Shown here: one piece after another, positions 54,788 to 64,000 of the stretch | Layout: the number at the start of each line of letters is the position of its first letter | How positions within the stretch are numbered: position 1 is the stretch's first letter | Assembly (NCBI GenBank): GCA_964016885.1 | Contig: OZ024744.1 | Span: forward strand, 34,844,001 to 34,908,000 | Reading direction: 5' to 3' | DNA: 64,000 nt | DNA from: Eledone cirrhosa | Lineage: Eukaryota | Translations under genes and position numbers: made by a program | Notes under the pieces: model-generated | Database searches by the model: none | The model's input: the letters and a program-made list of their open reading frames with translations, nothing else | What the model was told of the DNA's origin: nothing

Positions 54788-54850
54788 CGGCCCACATACA
54801 ACGGGAAAAAAATGTGCGCCCCTCCTAAAATTATTCAGCTACACTACCAG
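54788..54850 (+). CDS. TRPC: probable short TRPC C-terminal exon (21 aa)
   Basis: TTCACAG acceptor after a T-rich tract, CAG|GTGAGT donor, 63 nt open in phase 0-0. Peptide RPTYNGKKMCAPPKIIQLHYQ ends in YQ, as expected before the TRPC C-terminal helix. Not in the ORF track. Confidence 0.7.
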
Positions 54851-55132
54851 GTGAGTGAAGCTTGGTCTTCGCATTTTCGCAATCCATTCGGACTGCAAAA
54901 AAAAAAAAAAATCCAGTAGTACCCTGAGCACTGAATATCCTGTATGAAAATATAAAAAAAAATATAAAAAAATAACATATACATACAAAATATACAAACA
55001 AAACAAAACAAAAACACCAAAATAAAAGCATTCTTTCTTTCATATAAGCACTTTCATTTCATTAAGATACTGAAGACATTATTGTATTATTGTGTACATG
55101 TGCAAGCATGAGTCTGTATGTATGTGTGTGAG

Positions 55133-55167
<35 letters not shown>

Positions 55168-55240
55168 ATCCCGGGTTCAATCAGGGGTAACCACAGTAAT
55201 TAAAGTACTCAATACATAGCAGAGTATAAATGTTTAATAT

Positions 55241-55325
55241 AGAAATGGCTTCTACAGGACTAGAACTGTTTCGATGATTTCCTTCGAATGAAACAGTTCT
55301 AGTCTGTGTAGAAGCCATTTCTCTC
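55241..55325. repeat. short hairpin insert
   Basis: agaaatggcttctaca..gactagaactgtttc / gaaacagttctagtc..tgtagaagccatttct. Confidence 0.8.
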
Positions 55326-55327
55326 TC

Positions 55328-55411
<84 letters not shown>

Positions 55412-55704
55412 CATACATATGTGTGTGAAGCTGTTTGTGAGTGTGTATATATAGAAAAGGTGGCCTAAAAATCGTCCAGTGTGAGCATAACATCTCTGGG
55501 TGTTTGCCAGCCTGGACATGATGTAGTCAATAAGATGCCAGTGTTTGGACCTAGGATACATCCACAAGGTCTTATATTTATTATTCTGTTAGAAGAGGGT
55601 TTAATGGTGATGTCATGCTCTGTAAACAGACAAATGAGCCTGATGCCATTGTGGAGAAATTCAATTTCTGCAAGCTTTTAGTTCCTGATATTTATAACAA
55701 CTTT

Positions 55705-55873
55705 CATGCGCAGAGTTATGACCCTTTATGTTCTGAGTTCAAATCCCGCCAAGGTTAGCTTTGCCTGTCAGCCTGTTAATAAAATAAAGCACCAGTTACA
55801 TACTGGGGTCGATTTAATCGACTTTTCCCTTCCCTTCAAATTACTGGCCTTATGCCAAATGTAGAAACAGTTA
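55705..55873 (+). mobile_element. SINE family A variant
   Basis: B box and body match family A. Confidence 0.7.
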
Positions 55874-56380
55874 TTCTTTAACTGTCTTACAGAAAGCTTC
55901 AGAGGTTCTGATCACCTCAGAGATTGGCATGGGTTGACATTCTCCTTACGTTCCACACTGTATAATGGTTTCAAGATGTAGACACAAAAACTGGTATAAT
56001 GTGAACTTTTTGACAAAATTGGCAAGCTCCTAAACAATATGTACGAAGACCATAGAGCAATTCTGGACAAGCTATCATCATACACACTAAAAAGGTAGTG
56101 GCAAGTTCTTTGGAGTGAGACTCAATCCACCCTTCAAAAGATTAAAGAGTATGCAGAGAGTCATGATATGCATAATTTCTATGATGCTACAAAAATTCAA
56201 TGCATTGTAAAACATTTTCCATTGCTCATGTCAAGTCAGCAAAATTATTTCTCTCTCAAAAGACCTGTCAGTACTATCAACTGGGGAAAATTTTCTAACT
56301 GGTTCCTATGTGAGTCCAAATCTACAAAATAACCATTATCCATCACCTTGACAAACCCCATATACATATATAAAACATAG

Positions 56381-56500
<120 letters not shown>

Positions 56501-56924
56501 GTAAAATCCGGACAGCAACACCAAGCATTTCGGCTTGTGTGTTAAGCAAGCCTTATCTTGAAGGGTATATATATATATATGTCTGTGTGTGTGTATGTAT
56601 GTATATATATAATTTATTTATTTTTTATACATGGAACAAAAGCGCTACCAAAGATTTCAAGGTGCAATATTAACCATATCTCAAGAATGTAAGAGGATCA
56701 AAATTGTGACCTAATTTTCAGGTGTTTATACAAGTTTATAAGATACCGTTAAAGGTAAAGCATAATAAAACACTAGTTTACGAAAAATGTATTATAACAC
56801 AAGGAAATAACTCCAAGTTGTAAATTTGAAATAGAAATATTTTCTTAATATCTTTTACCACATTTACATAAAGAGTACACCTTCTATTCAATTCTACACT
56901 CCATACCTTATAACTATTACCAGT

Positions 56925-59490
56925 AGACGACCTCTCTAGTGCTGGTGTCACAAATAAAAGTACCCAGTCCATGCTGTAAAATGGAGGGGTAAAGAGGGCC
57001 CCTGAGTCCAGTAGACAACCTCTCTAGTGCTGGTGGCACGAATAAAAGCATCTAGTTCATGCTGTAAAGTGGTGCTGGTGTTAGGAAGGGCATCCAACCA
57101 GTATAATAAGTGCCAAAATTATGAGCACAATAAATAAGAATTGCAACAACTGCGTCAACAGCAATAACACTAACCATGTTAGGGCTGCGCACGGTAGTGG
57201 GGTGGCTGGTGCGGGCATGTGTGAGAACCCCACGACCGTCATCTGGCAATCGCACAACAGGAAAAAGAACGAGACGTCGCATCTCAGAGTTGCCTCACTT
57301 AATGTTGGCATTCTAACAGGTAGATCTGGTGAGATAGCGGATATGCTGGAGAGAAGGCATTTGGATGTGTGCTGTGTGCAAGAGTGAGATGGAGAGGTGC
57401 CTCTGCAAGACTAATCACAGGCAAACATCGTAGTTATAAGCTTTTCTGGGTGGGTAATGATGATGGGTTAGGTGGGGTGGGCATATTACTGGCTGAGAGA
57501 TGGATCAATAAGAAAATAGTAGGTAGTTAGAGTTAGTGATAAAATAATTAGCTTAGATTAGTTGTAGGCAAGAGACTACTGACAATCATCTCTGTCTATG
57601 CTCCCCAAGCAGGCTAGGTAAAGAAGAGAAAGACTGCTTTTACGAGCAACTTTTACATACAGCCTCAATGACAGAGGACAGAGACATCGTATGCTAGCAG
57701 GGGACTTCAATGGACATGTTGGACAGCTCCAGGATGGATACACTGTGGTACAGGTGGGCACGGTAACAGCTCAAGAAATGAAGAAGGAGTAGGGCTCTTG
57801 AATTTTGTAATGCAAATGCACTAACCATTTGCAACACTAACTTCCAGAAGCCTATCAACCACCTAATAACATACAAATCAGGCGACCACATAAGCCAGAT
57901 TGACTTCCTGCTAGTTAGATAGTGAGACAGACAGATGGTGTCAAATACTAAGGCATACCCTGGGGAAGAATACCTACAGCATAGATTAGTCGTTAGTGAT
58001 ATCTCAATAAGCAAGAGAAAGAACATACAGACATACAGGAAGTCTGGAGAGATACAGGAAGATGTGGAAAAGAAAGGTCTGGAAGCTAAAAGACCTTTCA
58101 TTAAAATATAAATTAAGCAAAGCCCTTCAAGATGTGTATGAGGAAAAAGAAGACGATTTAGAGTCGTATGACATAGATGATAACTGGAATTTCTTGCGTG
58201 ACAACTTACTGCAGGCTACTGAAGAAACTTGTGGTTGGGGCAGAGCTTCAACCTGACAGAGAGTTACCTGGTGGTGGAACAGCACAGTAGATTAGAAACA
58301 AAGGCTGGCATGGAAGGCTTGGAAACGGTGGGAGTAGAGAAGGATACACAGCTGCTAAGAGAGAAGCTAGACGTCAGGTGTACTTAGCATGCAGGAAGGC
58401 TGAGAGTAGGAGATTTACCAAAGTTCTGCGACGGGAAGATCAGAGGACATGTTCCGCATTGCAAAGCAGTGTGTCAGTGCAAATCAGGATGTTGTTAGAG
58501 ATATATGTGTCCGGAATGATGCCGGTGTACTTAGTGTCACGAATGATTAAAAAAAGGAGGCCTGGAAATGTCATTATGAGAGACTGATGAATGTGGAGAA
58601 TGAATGGGACAGAGAGAAATTACCCCAGTAGACCCAACAGAGGGACCAGCTATTGAGATTGACGAATATAGGATACAAGGGGCAATTAGGAAATGAAAAA
58701 TGGTAAGGCGGCTGGACCGTCGGGGATAGTTGCTGAGATGCTGAAGGCATGAGGAAAAGTAGGCACTAAACTAGTTTCACGCATCATTAATCAAGTTATA
58801 TAATGTGGTGTCATACCCAAAGACTGGTGCAGCAATATTCTCCATAACGAATATTGCTACAAAGGTAAAGGGGATGCTCTAGAGAGGAGCAATTATAGGG
58901 GCATAAAGCTGATGGATCAGGTTATGAAAGTGGCAGAGAGAATATTAGCACAACTAATTAAAAAAAGCGTCAAATTAGATGAGATGCAGTTTGGTTTTGT
59001 GCCTGGGAAGAGTACAACAGATGGCCTCTTCTTAGTGAGGCAACTACAAGAGAAGTTCTTAGAGAAGAATAAGCCACAATACTTAGGTTTTGTTGATTTA
59101 AAGAAGGCCTTTGATTAGGGTACCCAGATCTGTCATCTGGTGGTCCCTAAGGAAACTAGGTGAGGAGGAATGGCTTGTGAGGGCAGTGCAAGCTATGTAC
59201 ATCGGTGCTGTCAGTATAGTGAGGGTAGGTATGGAGTTTAGTGAGGAATTCCAGATACAAGTAGGAGTACATCAAGGTTCGGTCCTCAGCCCGCTATGTT
59301 AATTATAGTCCTCCAAGCCATAACAGAGGAGTTTAAGACTGGCTGTCCATGGGAGCGTCTCTATGCTGACGATCTGGTTCTTATAGCAGAATCAGTAGAG
59401 GGGCTAGATAATATATTCTGGCTATGGAAACAGCAGTTGGAATTAAGAGGACTGAGAGTGAACTTGGCTAAGGCAGAAATGTTGATGAGT
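56925..59490 (+). mobile_element. RTE-clade LINE 5' part: 5' UTR, AP endonuclease and RT, running into the gap
   Basis: LRVASLNVG..DVCCVQE, GVGILL, AGDFNGHVG, SQIDF, QFGFVPGKSTTD, GVHQGSVLSP, LYADDL; degenerate. Confidence 0.9.
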
Positions 59491-59690
59491 NNNNNNNNNN
59501 NNNNNNNNNNNNNNNNNNNNNNNNNNNNNNNNNNNNNNNNNNNNNNNNNNNNNNNNNNNNNNNNNNNNNNNNNNNNNNNNNNNNNNNNNNNNNNNNNNNN
59601 NNNNNNNNNNNNNNNNNNNNNNNNNNNNNNNNNNNNNNNNNNNNNNNNNNNNNNNNNNNNNNNNNNNNNNNNNNNNNNNNNNNNNNNNNN
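59491..59690. other. assembly gap (200 N)
   Basis: Run of N. Confidence 1.
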
Positions 59691-59769
59691 GCCTCATAAT
59701 TTCTTAGTTAGACAGTTAAACAATTTCTTTTAATGTTTTTCTTTCTTTTATGAATTTTATTGCAGGTAC

Positions 59770-59975
59770 TAAATATGTGTGTATCCATATATGTGTGTAT
59801 CCATATATGTGTGTATCCATATATGTGTGTATTCTTATATGAGTATATTCATATATGTGTGTATTCATATATGTGTGTATTCTTATATGAGTAAATTCAT
59901 ATATGTGTAAATTCATATATGTGTAAATTGATATATGTGTAAATTCATATATGTGTAAATTCATATATGTGTATT
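59770..59975. repeat. degenerate 16-18-bp minisatellite
   Basis: Repeats of atatgtgtgtatccat and atatgtgtaaattcat. Confidence 0.75.
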
Positions 59976-60092
59976 GATTGTATATGTTTATTAATATGTG
60001 TATATTGATGTATGAGTGTATTTGTATATATCTATATTTATGTATACATGTATATATGAAATTAATGTGTGTATTCATGTATGTGTGTATTG

Positions 60093-60123
<31 letters not shown>

Positions 60124-60258
60124 CACAAGCAGTTATATATGAACAAGACATGGTCACCTGACCTGGCATTGCCCACAACAGGACAACTCGTCAACCCATG
60201 CTAACATGGAAAAATGGATGTAAAACGGTGATGTTGCTGACGGTGAGGATATATATAT

Positions 60259-60600
60259 ATAATAAAAAGGATGAGGGGTTACATCTCCATTACATTTATT
60301 GAGGGGTTACATCTCCATTACATTTATTGAGGGGTTACATCTCCATTACATTTATTGAGGGGTTACATCTCCATTACATTTATTGAGGGGTTACATCTCC
60401 ATTACATTTATTGAGGTGTGATGATCAGGCTGAACTCTGGAATCAAAGCTCATGAGATTTCTATGACCATAACAGAAGTTCAGTGAGCTTTTGATTCCAG
60501 AGTCGAGCCAGATCAATACAGATCGAGCCTTGAGATGTGCAAACATGTGTCACACCTCAATAAATGTAATGGAGATCTAACACTTCGTCCTTTTTATTAT
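60259..60600. repeat. fold-back insert whose left arm holds five 28-bp tandem repeats
   Basis: gaggggttacatctccattacatttatt x5 (60273-60412); a single inverted copy at about 60550-60600. Confidence 0.85.
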
Positions 60601-60618
60601 TATTATTATTATTAATAA

Positions 60619-60805
60619 AGGTGGATTGGCAGTATCGATAGAGGGTCGGACGCCATGCTTTCCAGCATAGTTACGTCCCTTTAGTGTCTGAATTCAAATC
60701 CCGCCGAGGTTGACTTTGCCTTTCATCCTTACGGGGTCGATAAAATAAAGTACCAGTAATGCACTGGGTAATTGCTGGCCTTGTGCCTAAAGTAGAAACA
60801 ATTAT
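60619..60805 (+). mobile_element. full-length SINE family A
   Basis: A and B boxes, body and tail. Confidence 0.85.
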
Positions 60806-60869
60806 TATTATTAATATAAATGGTGGTGGATTGCCAAAAGTAGAAACAATTATTATTAATATTACACTC

Positions 60870-63105
<2,236 letters not shown>

Positions 63106-63117
63106 GTATATATATAT

Positions 63118-63682
63118 CATCATCATCATTTTACGTCTGCTCTTCGCTGCTTGCAAGGGTGGGACGGGTCTTATTCAGCACAGCATCTCTCCACTTGTCA
63201 CGGTCCTTCGTCATCTCCACCATGAGCTTCAGCGATCTGAGGTCTGTTCTCACCGCCTCTGCCCATGTTTTTCGTGGTCTACCTCTACCACGTCTTCCTT
63301 CAACTGGCATTTCCTGGCACTTCTTCACCCATGGGTCATCCTCCATGCGCATCACATGTCCATACCACCTCAGTCTCCTCTCCCGTACACTACATTCTAT
63401 CCCTCTCAGACACAGTTTCTCTCTCAACACATTCATGCTGGGTCGTTCACGCACATTGACACTGCACATCCAACGGAGCATGCTTGTCTCATTTCTCTCC
63501 AGCCCTCGCATATCCTCTGCAGTTGCTGCCCATGTCTCACTACCATGCAGCATCGCACTCCTCACACAGGCATGATACAACCGGCCTTTCGTACGCAGGG
63601 AGAAACCCTTCTTTGTCAGCAGAGGAAGCAGCTCCCTAAACATCTTCCAACCCGTCCTTATTCTAGATACTATGGCCTCGGA

Positions 63683-63683
<1 letters not shown>
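63118..63683 (-). mobile_element. 5'-truncated RTE LINE, same family as 50085-51990
   Basis: SRIRTGWKMFRELLPLL..RRLRWYGHV..GRPRKTW; (ATG)n tail. Confidence 0.92.
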
Positions 63684-63736
<53 letters not shown>

Positions 63737-64000
63737 TACCCGTCCCACCCTTGCAATCAGGGTAAAGCGGACGTAAAAGGATGATGATGATGATGATATA
63801 TATAGTATTAATATATAAGGGAACAAAGAATCAGTGTTGTATCATATACATATTTAATTACATATTAAACATATATATATGCCGGTTAGTAAACAATGAT
63901 GCAATGAATGTATGAATATATATGTACATATATTTTTTATATAGTGCGGTGAAAACTTAGAAGGTTGTTAGAGCACTCAGTCCAAAGGACAAGTTGGGTA

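Noticed and set aside
59296-59733. ORFs spanning the X run
   Set aside because: Artefact of the 200-N gap.
60273-60412. CRISPR-sized 28-bp repeats
   Set aside because: The repeats are head-to-tail with no spacers.

Overview
AT-rich, microsatellite-dense animal genomic DNA, inferred to be cephalopod/octopus-like from the SINE and repeat landscape. It contains four plus-strand exons of a TRPC-family cation channel gene (S2-S5, pore/S6, TRP box and a probable 63-nt exon) separated by introns of about 13, 30 and 5 kb. The introns hold tRNA-derived SINEs, RTE, R4/Dong, CRE and CR1-like LINE relics, Penelope-like (GIY-YIG) elements and a Helitron-like insert. Most long ORFs in the track are repeat artefacts. 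The main signal is an RNA-level system. Two multi-kb fold-back arrays (27781-31705 and 41271-44256) are built from 311- and 309-bp units, each carrying a type I hammerhead ribozyme motif with a palindromic minimal stem III (23 motifs in total). Several unrelated hammerhead-bearing or fold-back inserts sit in (TA)n tracts, some with a compensated U3-A8 catalytic core. This looks like a Penelope-dependent retrozyme community inside one intron. Ribozyme activity and true copy number cannot be shown from sequence alone, and assembly artefact is possible for the perfectly identical units.
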